A model generated the notes under the pieces. That model was not told the DNA's origin. It ran no database searches and saw nothing but the letters and a program-made list of their open reading frames with translations. The position numbers and the translations under genes are program-made. From Bdellovibrio sp. (GTDB taxonomy: Bacteria > Bdellovibrionota > Bdellovibrionia > Bdellovibrionales > Bdellovibrionaceae), in the NCBI GenBank assembly GCA_036677065.1, contig JAKFBS010000004.1, positions 634,168 through 698,167 of the forward strand: DNA of 64,000 nt, read 5' to 3'. Shown in pieces: positions 29,361-38,218 of this stretch (within the stretch, counting starts at the first letter, position 1; the number at the start of each line of letters is the position of its first letter).

Positions 29361-32300
29361 GTGAATACGGCTCGTAAGCAGATGCGTTTTTTATTGTTAG
29401 TTGCGGTCGCGACAATGTTGTTGCCGGCAATTAACACATTTGCAGGCCCAGGGCAGACAACCTATCAAGCAAAAATTATTAAGCCCGATGGTTATCCACT
29501 TGAATCTTCAAGTGTGAATTTTAAATTTACAATTTTAAATCCGGCGGGTGATTGTATTTTATTCGCTGAGACTTATTCTTCGGTGAACATGAATTCAACG
29601 GGTGGATTAATTTCTTTCTCGTTAGGATCAGGTGTAAAAACTTATCCTGTATCAAGCCCTACCTTTGAAGATGTGTTTTCAAATATTACACCCAGTCTTT
29701 CTTGTGATGCCGGCGGCCCAGTAAGTTATTCGCCATTAGCCACTGATATCAGAAAAATCGTGATGCAGTTTCATGATGGTAACGGCTGGCAAACATTGCC
29801 GGCCATGAATATCAACGCTGTCCCTTACGCGATGTATGCCAATGATGCACTGAAATTAAATGGCAAAACCGATACTGATTTTGTGCAGGTATCTGTTGTG
29901 CCAACCTGTACGGCCAGTGAAGCCATTCGTTACAACGGCACAAGTTTTTCTTGTGTGGACATTGGCGGCAGCGGAGCAGTCTCTTCGGGTTCAGTGATTA
30001 CGGCCTTAGGTTACACTCCTGCTGATGGAGCAAGTTTAACCACAATCACATCAAATATTTCAAATGTTTCATCAACGGTATTTTCGGTTTCGTCGACGGT
30101 GTCTTCATTAACAAATTCTGTGGCAGCCAGTTTTGCGGCGATCACTTCATCGCAGTGGCTAACATCAGGCACAACGATTAGTTATGAATCTGGAAATGTG
30201 GGTATCGGTACATCATCAAATGCTACAAAACTAGTTGTATCAGGTGGTGTGCGCATCAGTATGGAGCCCGCATCGTGTGATGCTACACTTGCCGGTACGT
30301 TACGTTATAATTCAGGGCTTGTAGAATATTGTAATGGAGCTCTGTGGTCTGCGTTCGGGGTGGCCGGTGCAGGAATCACGTCAGTGAATGGCTCAACTTC
30401 AGGATCACAAACTTTTGCTACCGGAATTACCGGAACTGTTTTTAATATAACTTCTAATAATGGTGTACACACTTTTAATATTCCGTTAGCGGCTTCTGGT
30501 TCTGTGACTGCGGGATTATTATCAAATGCAGATTATGCAACTTTCACGAATAAAGTCAGTGCAACAAGTGCTGCGGTAGTTTCAGCTTTAGGTTACACCC
30601 CTGCAAGTGCAACAACAGTTTCAGCTTTAACTTCTAATTTGGCAGCGGTTTCTGCCTCAGTTGCGGCGATCACTTCGTCACAATGGGTAACAAGTAGCAC
30701 CTCAATTAATTACGTTGCAGGTAATGTCGGTATAGGAACTGCAAACCCAACAGGATCTTTACATCTTGCTCTGAATAACTCGGGAACTGCAATGTCTACA
30801 ATATCTGATGCATTTATTCTGCAAAATAAAAATGCTGCAGCAAATGCTTTAACTTCAATAATGTTTGCCAATCAAGATGGCTTTGGTACGGGGCAAATCA
30901 CAGCTTTACAAAACACAGGTAATTTCGGTTCGAAGATGATTTTCGGAACAAAATCTGGTGGCGGTGGAGCATGGAATACTTCGCAAATGGTCTTAGATAC
31001 AAATGGCTATGTTGGTATTGGTACCGCGACCCCACAGACACAGCTTGATGTTTCAGGAAGTGTAGTCATTGGAAATCTTGCGGCCAATAATGCCTCTCTT
31101 ACAATTTATACACCAGATAGTGGATCAGCTTCGCATGGGGTTATACTTATCGATAAAGATGCCGGCTACGGATCATGGCAAAATCCATCGGGCCTTGATG
31201 GAATTGATGCCGATAGTTCGGGAACAGTCATCGGGTGGGGTCCACTTTATTTCAATTATTATTCAACGGATAATATTGATTTTAATAATGGGGGCGGAAA
31301 CTCTTCATTTAATGGCCGCGTGGCTATTGGAATGGGAAGCGCGCCAACAGCTAAATTGCATATCGCTGCTGGAACTTCTTCAACAGCAGCTTTAAAATTC
31401 GTATCTGGAACTTTATTAACTACGCCGCAAACGGGAGCTGTAGAGTTTAATGGGTTTAATCTGTATATCACCGATGGCACCGGCACTCGTAGAGCTATTG
31501 CTACGAGCTCTAGTTCTGGAACAATGGATAATGTTAGCAATATCAATGCATCGACTAATATGACGTTAACACCGGTAGGATCCGTGGTTGTGTCTTCGAC
31601 CACGATATCAACATCAGCAAATACCGGGGCCCTGGTTGTCAAAGGTGGTCTTGGTGTGGCCGGAACAATCAACACCGCAGGAAGTTTAAATGTGTCGGGA
31701 ACAGCTGCGATTGCTGGAACACTGAATTTATCATCTATGACCAGCGGAAGTGTGCTTTTTGCCGGAGCAAATGGAACAGTTACTCAAAATAATTCTAGTT
31801 TATATTGGGATGGAGCAAACAGACGTTTGGGAATTGGCACCAATGCACCGCAAATGAAACTTCATGTTGCTTCAGGCCCAGTATTAATTGGCGCAAACAT
31901 CGGCGGCTATTCGACCGAGGGGTTGATCGTAAATACCAGCTCGCAAAGAAGTGATATTAGTCTTATGCATTCAACAACTGGTGTTACTCAGACATCAGAC
32001 GGTTTTAATATGGCTCTGGTTTTTAATAATGTTGATTTTGATCTTCGTGAAAATGGTTACATGCGTTTTTTAACAAACAGTGCCGAACAAGTTCGTATTA
32101 CTTCAACAGGTAACGTCGGCATAGGTACAACTACTCCTACGCATAAGCTAGATGTTATGGGCTATCTAAAAACATCGAACTACGGATCATCTGCCGGCTC
32201 TGCAGCTGGTTTGTATTTATATAGATCTCAGGGTGGCTCGGCAGGAGCTGAAGTTGCTCCTGCAGGTGGGGTCGGAGTTGGATTTCTTTCTTTTGCTGGC

Positions 32301-34157
32301 TATCGAGGTGACGCGACACTGGGAACAGGAGCCCTCATCGATGCTCAGACGCCGGTAGTTTCGGGCGCTTGGACAACTTCATCGACTCCTGCTTATTTGC
32401 GTTTTTTGACAACTGATGTTGGATCAACGGCAGGTGTTGTGCGTATGACGATTAAGGAAAATGGAGATGTCGGCATCGGCACATCGACTCCTGGAGCGCG
32501 CTTGCAGGTAGCAACACCTGCAAGTGGAGGCGTAAATAACCGTTGGGTTTCTGGTAATTCAAACGGTGATCTTATCGATATAACGGGCAGCAATGGTGAT
32601 ATGTATTTAGATCACAGTGTTGGCGCACGTATGACGGCTTCAACATCAACGACAATAAATCGTGCAGCGACATTTAAAATTGACGCCGCACCAAATATAG
32701 ATGCGGCAGCCTCTTCGACATTAATCGTAAATAATCTTTACGCACTATGGGTTGAAGAGGGCACATCACTTTTTGGTGGTAATGTTGGCGTCGGAGTTTC
32801 AGGAACTCCGTCTTCGTACGGCCATGGTGGAACAAATAAATTTATCGAAATTCAAAATCCAGGCACCACTGTAAATGCGCAATCGCACTTATTTTTAACC
32901 ACAGGCGTGTCTGCAATTAGTGGAACTTCAATTGGAACCTTAACCTGGGCCCAGCCAAATGTTTCCAGCGTCAGAAAAGAAGTGGCGTGGATTAGTGCAA
33001 GTTCTGACTCGGCCAGTGGCGCAGCGCCAGCAGCGAATTTTCAAATTCATACTCGTTCAATGACTGATGCATCTCCGATTGAGCGTGTGCGCGTAACTGC
33101 TTCGGGCCGTTTAGGTATCGGGGTATCAAATCCTGTCACAATATTTTCAAATGTGGCATCTACAGCTAACCATTCTAATGTGGGTGATCAAAATGGTACT
33201 GGCGAAAATTCAAATTCATTGAGCTGGTCGACAAATTCAGCTGGTTATTCTGCCGCGATCACGAATACGTCGAATGGGGTGGGAGCGAATGGTTTAAATC
33301 TCAGAACGCTGGGAACAACTTCGAGTTACACGATTCTATCAGCCGGAGTTGGTGTGAGTTCTACGGCAAATAGTTATGATGTTCTCACTGTAAAAGCCAG
33401 TCGACAAGTCGGCATCAATCAAGCTTCTCCGTTGGGCGCTTTAACAGTTAATGGAACCATGGCTCTTCAGCCCTCAACGAGTGATCATATTTATATGGAA
33501 TTTTATGCGCGTACGGCAACGCCAACAACGCGTTCAGGCTGGTTTGGTTATGGCGTAGCAGGAACAAACTTACTTTCAATCACCAATCAAACTACGGGGC
33601 ATATTAATATTGATCCAGCAGGCGGTGGTTTTGTAGGTATCGATAACGCAAATCCAACGCGCCTATTGCACGTCGGAAATTCAGCCATTGCGGCAGGAAC
33701 TCCTGTAGCAAATTTTCAGAATGCTGACGGAACATGTACATTAACACCTGCAGCTGCGGGTTCGGGAGTGGCCTGTTCATCAGATGAAAGATTAAAAGAA
33801 AATTTTATTGATCTTGGTGGAATTAAAGCCTTAGAAAAAATCTTAAAATTTCAAGCCGTAAGTTATAATTTTAAAACAGCAAAAGATTCTGACCGTCACA
33901 CAGGATACAGAGCTCAAGAAGTGCAAAAAATACTACCCGAGATCGTGCGCACAGATGATAATGGTTTTTTTCAAGTTTATTACGATGCCCTAATTCCATG
34001 GATCACCGAGGCCATCAAAGAATTGTATTCTTCGCAACAAACACAAGCGCGCGAGATTGCCTCAGTCAAGGCCGAGAACGCTGAAATTAAAGCAGAGAAT
34101 ATGAAGCTAAAAGAACGTTTAGATCGCTTAGAAAAAGCTTTCAACGACAAAAAATAG
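29361..34157 (+). CDS. Fibre 5: MAT-like fibre adhesin with C-terminal S74 chaperone (1598 aa)
   Basis: Signal peptide TFA|GP; conserved N-domain; CSSDERLK and GYRAQEVQ. Confidence 0.9.
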   Translation: MNTARKQMRFLLLVAVATMLLPAINTFAGPGQTTYQAKIIKPDGYPLESSSVNFKFTILNPAGDCILFAETYSSVNMNSTGGLISFSLGSGVKTYPVSSPTFEDVFSNITPSLSCDAGGPVSYSPLATDIRKIVMQFHDGNGWQTLPAMNINAVPYAMYANDALKLNGKTDTDFVQVSVVPTCTASEAIRYNGTSFSCVDIGGSGAVSSGSVITALGYTPADGASLTTITSNISNVSSTVFSVSSTVSSLTNSVAASFAAITSSQWLTSGTTISYESGNVGIGTSSNATKLVVSGGVRISMEPASCDATLAGTLRYNSGLVEYCNGALWSAFGVAGAGITSVNGSTSGSQTFATGITGTVFNITSNNGVHTFNIPLAASGSVTAGLLSNADYATFTNKVSATSAAVVSALGYTPASATTVSALTSNLAAVSASVAAITSSQWVTSSTSINYVAGNVGIGTANPTGSLHLALNNSGTAMSTISDAFILQNKNAAANALTSIMFANQDGFGTGQITALQNTGNFGSKMIFGTKSGGGGAWNTSQMVLDTNGYVGIGTATPQTQLDVSGSVVIGNLAANNASLTIYTPDSGSASHGVILIDKDAGYGSWQNPSGLDGIDADSSGTVIGWGPLYFNYYSTDNIDFNNGGGNSSFNGRVAIGMGSAPTAKLHIAAGTSSTAALKFVSGTLLTTPQTGAVEFNGFNLYITDGTGTRRAIATSSSSGTMDNVSNINASTNMTLTPVGSVVVSSTTISTSANTGALVVKGGLGVAGTINTAGSLNVSGTAAIAGTLNLSSMTSGSVLFAGANGTVTQNNSSLYWDGANRRLGIGTNAPQMKLHVASGPVLIGANIGGYSTEGLIVNTSSQRSDISLMHSTTGVTQTSDGFNMALVFNNVDFDLRENGYMRFLTNSAEQVRITSTGNVGIGTTTPTHKLDVMGYLKTSNYGSSAGSAAGLYLYRSQGGSAGAEVAPAGGVGVGFLSFAGYRGDATLGTGALIDAQTPVVSGAWTTSSTPAYLRFLTTDVGSTAGVVRMTIKENGDVGIGTSTPGARLQVATPASGGVNNRWVSGNSNGDLIDITGSNGDMYLDHSVGARMTASTSTTINRAATFKIDAAPNIDAAASSTLIVNNLYALWVEEGTSLFGGNVGVGVSGTPSSYGHGGTNKFIEIQNPGTTVNAQSHLFLTTGVSAISGTSIGTLTWAQPNVSSVRKEVAWISASSDSASGAAPAANFQIHTRSMTDASPIERVRVTASGRLGIGVSNPVTIFSNVASTANHSNVGDQNGTGENSNSLSWSTNSAGYSAAITNTSNGVGANGLNLRTLGTTSSYTILSAGVGVSSTANSYDVLTVKASRQVGINQASPLGALTVNGTMALQPSTSDHIYMEFYARTATPTTRSGWFGYGVAGTNLLSITNQTTGHINIDPAGGGFVGIDNANPTRLLHVGNSAIAAGTPVANFQNADGTCTLTPAAAGSGVACSSDERLKENFIDLGGIKALEKILKFQAVSYNFKTAKDSDRHTGYRAQEVQKILPEIVRTDDNGFFQVYYDALIPWITEAIKELYSSQQTQAREIASVKAENAEIKAENMKLKERLDRLEKAFNDKK

Positions 34158-34164
34158 TCTGCGA

Positions 34165-34181
34165 AATCTCAAATTGAAACA
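34165..34181. promoter_or_regulatory. Degenerate palindrome AATCTCA-AAT-TGAAACA
   Basis: Same motif family; starts 103 nt before the -10 element of fibre gene 6. Confidence 0.5.
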
Positions 34182-34267
34182 CTCGAAATTTTTTTAGAAT
34201 GATCTAATTGTAGCAGTCGTTTACCAATGAAAATCTGTTTCTGAAGCCTCTAGGAGTAAGCACTTTT

Positions 34268-34275
34268 GCCGATAA
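34268..34275 (+). promoter_or_regulatory. Perfect sigma28 -10 element GCCGATAA of fibre gene 6
   Basis: 6 nt before GTG at 34282. Confidence 0.7.
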
Positions 34276-34281
34276 GAAAGT

Positions 34282-36987
34282 GTGGGAACTTACGCACGTC
34301 ATATACTTTCCATTATAGCCGTTTTAGGACTGGGATTTTCGTCCTATGCCACGCCTTTGCGTACAACTTACCAAGCTAAAATTGTAAAACCCGATGGCTA
34401 TCCGCTGGAAGCGGCCAGTGTTAATTTCAGATTTACTATTTTAGATCCGTCAGCATCATGTGCGATTTATGTTGAAGACTATGCCGCAGTTAACATGCAA
34501 GACAGCGGCGGATTAATTTCTTTTTCGCTGGGGTCGGGCGTTCGTTCTTTTCCGACAAGCGGAACAACAGCCACATTTGCAAATGTATTTAATAATTCAA
34601 CGCCATCATTTAGTTGTGCAACTCCAGGAATTTATTCTCCAACGGTTACAGACAATCGAAAAATTGTTATGCAGTTTCAAGATACGAGTGGCTGGCAAAC
34701 ACTTCCGGCAATGACGATCAATGCTGTGCCTTATGCGATGTATGCAGGTCTTGCTGATAATTCAAATTTATTTAATAACAAAGCTGATACAGCTTTTGTA
34801 CAGTACTCAACGATACCAACATGTACGGCGTCGCAAGCCTTACAATACAATGGGGCAAGTTTTGTTTGTATAGCCGCAGGCGGTGGCGGGTCATCGTATA
34901 CCGTAACAGCAGGAGATGTAACTTCGGCACTCGGGTACACGCCGGTAAGTCCTGCGTCACATTCAACGGTGACTTCGACGGTAAATTCATTAGGTACTTC
35001 GCTGACCACAGTCACTTCACTGGTAAATAATCTAACCAGCTCGATGACAAGTATGGTGTCTTCACAATGGATCACCAGCGGAACATCAATCTCTTATAGC
35101 GCTGGCAATGTCGGCATAAGCGGACGTGCGCTGATCGGAAGTCAGGCCGCAAGTGCTACTTTTGATTTTGGTGGTATCCTTGGCGCCAACGCGACTTATA
35201 AATCACCATTATTAATTCAAGAAACGATTAATGATATGGCCTCTGAGTACACCTTGGGTTATGGCTCGTCGTTAAAATTAAATCCGGTTACAGGAACCAA
35301 CAATATTGCTTTCGGCGGACTTAGTTTTGTGCAAACTGAATTCAGTAACCCAGCCAGTTATAGTTTGGTCTATGCCCATCACGGCATCGCCGAACATCGC
35401 GGTTCTGGAGCTATGACTGATCTTGGCGGCGTTGGTGGGTTGGCACTTGCGAATACTTCGGGAACACTTTACAACCTGCGTGGTCTTGAAGGTCACGCCT
35501 ATGTTGTGGGCGGTGCGGTCACACATAGTATGGGTGGTCAGTTTGAATCACTCAATATGGGTACAACTCCGATAATTAATAATTATGGTGTCAGAATTAA
35601 TGCGGCCACTGGGTTAATTAACAATAACTATGGTTTGTATGTGCACAATCAATCTAGCACAGGCACTTCTTCGACTTATAATATTTATTCAGAAGGAACA
35701 AATTCAAGTAACGTTTTTATGGGGCTTGTCGGCATTGGTACAGCCACTCCAATCACAAAATTAGAAGTCAGTGGCGGTATCAAGATCAGTATGGAAGCCG
35801 CAGCTTGTTCTGTAAATTATGCAGGAACATTAAGATACTCTGCAGGCAACGTTGAATTTTGTAACGGCTCTTCGTGGTCAGCGCTGGGCGTAGCCGGAGC
35901 ATCCATCGATTTAGGCAGCGCACAGGTTTCAGGAACTTTGGCCGCTGCAAGACTTCCGGCATTTAGCGGCGATGCTTCATCATCGATTGGATCTTCGGTT
36001 TTAACTTTAGCTAATGTGGGTGCTGGCGTAACCAGTGGAACACAATACACAAAAGTTCGAGTCGATGGCAAAGGCCGCGTGACCAGTGGGTCACAATTAG
36101 CAGCCTCAGATATCACCACAGCTTTAGGTTATACACCTGGGGTCAGTGGTGCAGGTTCATCGCAATGGGTTACCTCGGGTACAGCAATTCATTATGCATC
36201 GGGTAACGTCGGTATTGGAGCGGTAGCACCCGCTACGGTCTTAGAAGTTAAGGGCGGAAGTTTAGCTGGAGTACAAGAGGTGGCTCGGTTTGGATATAAC
36301 CTAGATTCAAATACGCCAGGTAAAGGTATTCGCTTAGGTTTAAATTCATTTGGTACAGTTTTCATTGGTTCACATTACGCATCCAATGCTCCGCAAAGTT
36401 ATGACATGACTTTTGGTACCTACAATGGCGGCACTGCAGAGCGTATGCGTATTACTGGTGCAGGTCATGTCGGAGTTGGCATTTCTGCTCCAGCTTATCC
36501 GCTGAGTGTATCAGGAACAATTTATTCAAATACCGGTTTCAGATTTCCAGATAGCTCGACGCAAACGACAGCAAGTATCCGACCGCAAATTTTATTAGGG
36601 GGAGGTAACATAACCATTACCACTTCAACCTCGGGTACACTTTCAACCCAGAACTGGGTGGCTCCGGCTACAGGAAATGTGATGCTGACTTTTAATAAAA
36701 AACCACCGTACGTATTTTCGGGCTGCGCCGGTGGAAACTTAGGATTTTCAATCAGAGTCAATGGCACTGAAGGGTCGCTAACAAACCAAAGCTTTATCAC
36801 CAACATTCACCGCTTAGCTAATGGTGATGTTCACTTTGCACCAGCTATCGACATCTGGAGTGTAACGGCCGGAGTAACCTACACGATCACCACAGAATAC
36901 TTCTCGCAAAGTTTTTCATCATGCACAGTAAATACGACAGGAAACTCATCAGGCGCCGATCACATCAAGCTAGAGTATGTACAATAA
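34282..36987 (+). CDS. Fibre 6: MAT-like fibre without S74, ending in a ~135-aa beta-rich globular head (901 aa)
   Basis: Same N-domain (TYQAKIVKPDGYPLE) and shared shaft modules; GFRFPDSSTQTTA motif precedes the head; no SDxRLK/GFIAQE. Confidence 0.88.
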   Translation: MGTYARHILSIIAVLGLGFSSYATPLRTTYQAKIVKPDGYPLEAASVNFRFTILDPSASCAIYVEDYAAVNMQDSGGLISFSLGSGVRSFPTSGTTATFANVFNNSTPSFSCATPGIYSPTVTDNRKIVMQFQDTSGWQTLPAMTINAVPYAMYAGLADNSNLFNNKADTAFVQYSTIPTCTASQALQYNGASFVCIAAGGGGSSYTVTAGDVTSALGYTPVSPASHSTVTSTVNSLGTSLTTVTSLVNNLTSSMTSMVSSQWITSGTSISYSAGNVGISGRALIGSQAASATFDFGGILGANATYKSPLLIQETINDMASEYTLGYGSSLKLNPVTGTNNIAFGGLSFVQTEFSNPASYSLVYAHHGIAEHRGSGAMTDLGGVGGLALANTSGTLYNLRGLEGHAYVVGGAVTHSMGGQFESLNMGTTPIINNYGVRINAATGLINNNYGLYVHNQSSTGTSSTYNIYSEGTNSSNVFMGLVGIGTATPITKLEVSGGIKISMEAAACSVNYAGTLRYSAGNVEFCNGSSWSALGVAGASIDLGSAQVSGTLAAARLPAFSGDASSSIGSSVLTLANVGAGVTSGTQYTKVRVDGKGRVTSGSQLAASDITTALGYTPGVSGAGSSQWVTSGTAIHYASGNVGIGAVAPATVLEVKGGSLAGVQEVARFGYNLDSNTPGKGIRLGLNSFGTVFIGSHYASNAPQSYDMTFGTYNGGTAERMRITGAGHVGVGISAPAYPLSVSGTIYSNTGFRFPDSSTQTTASIRPQILLGGGNITITTSTSGTLSTQNWVAPATGNVMLTFNKKPPYVFSGCAGGNLGFSIRVNGTEGSLTNQSFITNIHRLANGDVHFAPAIDIWSVTAGVTYTITTEYFSQSFSSCTVNTTGNSSGADHIKLEYVQ

Positions 36988-37028
36988 AAACCAGCTAAAA
37001 CTGAACTTTCAATGACGCATTATCAGCA

Positions 37029-37067
37029 CTCAGGGTTTGGGATAACATTGTAATCCGAAACCCTGAG
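37029..37067. repeat. Long imperfect inverted repeat downstream of the fibre array
   Basis: CTCAGGGTTTGGGATAACA...GTAATCCGAAACCCTGAG; a second IR CGGAAATT/AATTTCCG follows at 37071-37106; no U-tract. Confidence 0.6.
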
Positions 37068-37122
37068 CGTCGGAAATTAAGCACATTCTTTTGATTTCAA
37101 TTTCCGGTGAGCGGATTCTTGA

Positions 37123-37326
37123 GCCAGATACGTCGAAATTCTTAAAGAAGAGTTTATTCAACGAAGAACAAAAAATGTTTTCTATTCGCTGCGAAGTTTT
37201 GCCAAAGATTTAGAGCTAAACCCGATGCATTTATGGTCTTTGCCATGCGCGCTAAGACTCATGACTTGCGACGAAGGTCTTAAGGTCTTAACAAGAGCGT
37301 TTAAAATTGAGATCTGTTTAAAATAA
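37123..37326 (+). pseudogene. Remnant of a TIGR02147-like XRE-HTH gene
   Basis: Open frame with no start codon upstream of the homologous segment; encodes YVEILKEEFIQRRTKNVFYSLRSFAKDLELNPMHL (37129-37233), homologous to the HTH at ~43355-43500; similarity stops mid-HTH. Confidence 0.75.
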
Positions 37327-37366
37327 CGCTATGTTTTAATCTAGGCGCAGCCTAGTTAGGAAACTA

Positions 37367-38218
37367 ATGAGTTTTGAAGTTTACAAACCAACGTATAAGT
37401 CTCTGTTTCGTAAAATTGCAATTGGTTCTTGGTGGAACGCCGGCGACCCCTCTGTGTACGGCATGGTTGATGTCGATATGACTGAAGCTTTAAAATATAT
37501 TGAAAAAATTAAAAGCGAAAAAAATGTTTCTCTGACGCCGACTCATCTCGTAGGGCAAGCCGTGGTTGAGTGTTTAAAAGTTCGTCCTGAAGTGAATTCA
37601 ATCATGATTCGCCATCAAATTTATTACCGAAAAAATATCGATATCTTTTTTCAGGTGAATATCGAGGGTGACGACGCTGGTGATAAAACAGCAAAAGCTG
37701 AATTATCTGGTGTGACACTTCGTAAATTACAAAATAAATCTATTTTTCAATTGGCTGAAGAGTTAAAAAACAAGGGCACTAAATTAAAGAAAAATAAAGA
37801 AGGTGAACTGATGAAAGTTCGCTCGACGATGCACTTAATTCCAAATAGCATCATGAAATACGTTTTACTCGGAACTTCATTTTTAAATTTCGATTTAGGT
37901 TTGCCACTGCACTGGTTTGGTGTTCCGAAAGATCCATTCGGAGCCATTATGATCACCAGTGTGGGCTCAATGGGTATTGATTGGGCATTAGCACCGTTAT
38001 GTCCGTACTCACGTTCGCCGATGTTATTAGCTATTTGTGCCGTAAAAAAATCACCGGTGGTGATTGAAACAGAAGGTCAGGCAGATCGTCTTGAAATTCG
38101 TCCAACGATGAAAGTTGGAGTTACTTTTGATCATCGTTATATCGACGGTGCGCATGCGGCAGATATGTTACGTGTGTTTAAAGAGTGTTTTGCAAATCCA
38201 GGTAAATATTTCGTCTAA
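37367..38218 (+). CDS. Stand-alone 2-oxoacid dehydrogenase E2-type acyltransferase catalytic domain
   Basis: TFDHRYIDGAHAA (DHRxxDG) catalytic motif and ITSVGSMG; no lipoyl or E3-binding domain. Confidence 0.85.
   Translation: MSFEVYKPTYKSLFRKIAIGSWWNAGDPSVYGMVDVDMTEALKYIEKIKSEKNVSLTPTHLVGQAVVECLKVRPEVNSIMIRHQIYYRKNIDIFFQVNIEGDDAGDKTAKAELSGVTLRKLQNKSIFQLAEELKNKGTKLKKNKEGELMKVRSTMHLIPNSIMKYVLLGTSFLNFDLGLPLHWFGVPKDPFGAIMITSVGSMGIDWALAPLCPYSRSPMLLAICAVKKSPVVIETEGQADRLEIRPTMKVGVTFDHRYIDGAHAADMLRVFKECFANPGKYFV

Noticed and set aside
5527..36806. Many 60-140 aa antisense or alternate-frame ORFs inside the fibre genes
   Set aside because: Shadow ORFs expected from Gly/Ser/Thr/Ala-rich coding sequence; no independent signals
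4880..36987. Prophage, tailocin or contractile injection system, suggested by the tail-fibre and S74 domains
   Set aside because: No capsid, sheath, tube, baseplate, terminase, lysis or integrase genes in the window; all fibres have Sec signal peptides and host-type promoters
4880..36987. Diversity-generating retroelement or invertible shufflon diversifying the tips
   Set aside because: No reverse transcriptase or recombinase in the window; repeat pairs I compared differ mainly at synonymous positions, not adenine-specifically; all cassettes are co-oriented and full length
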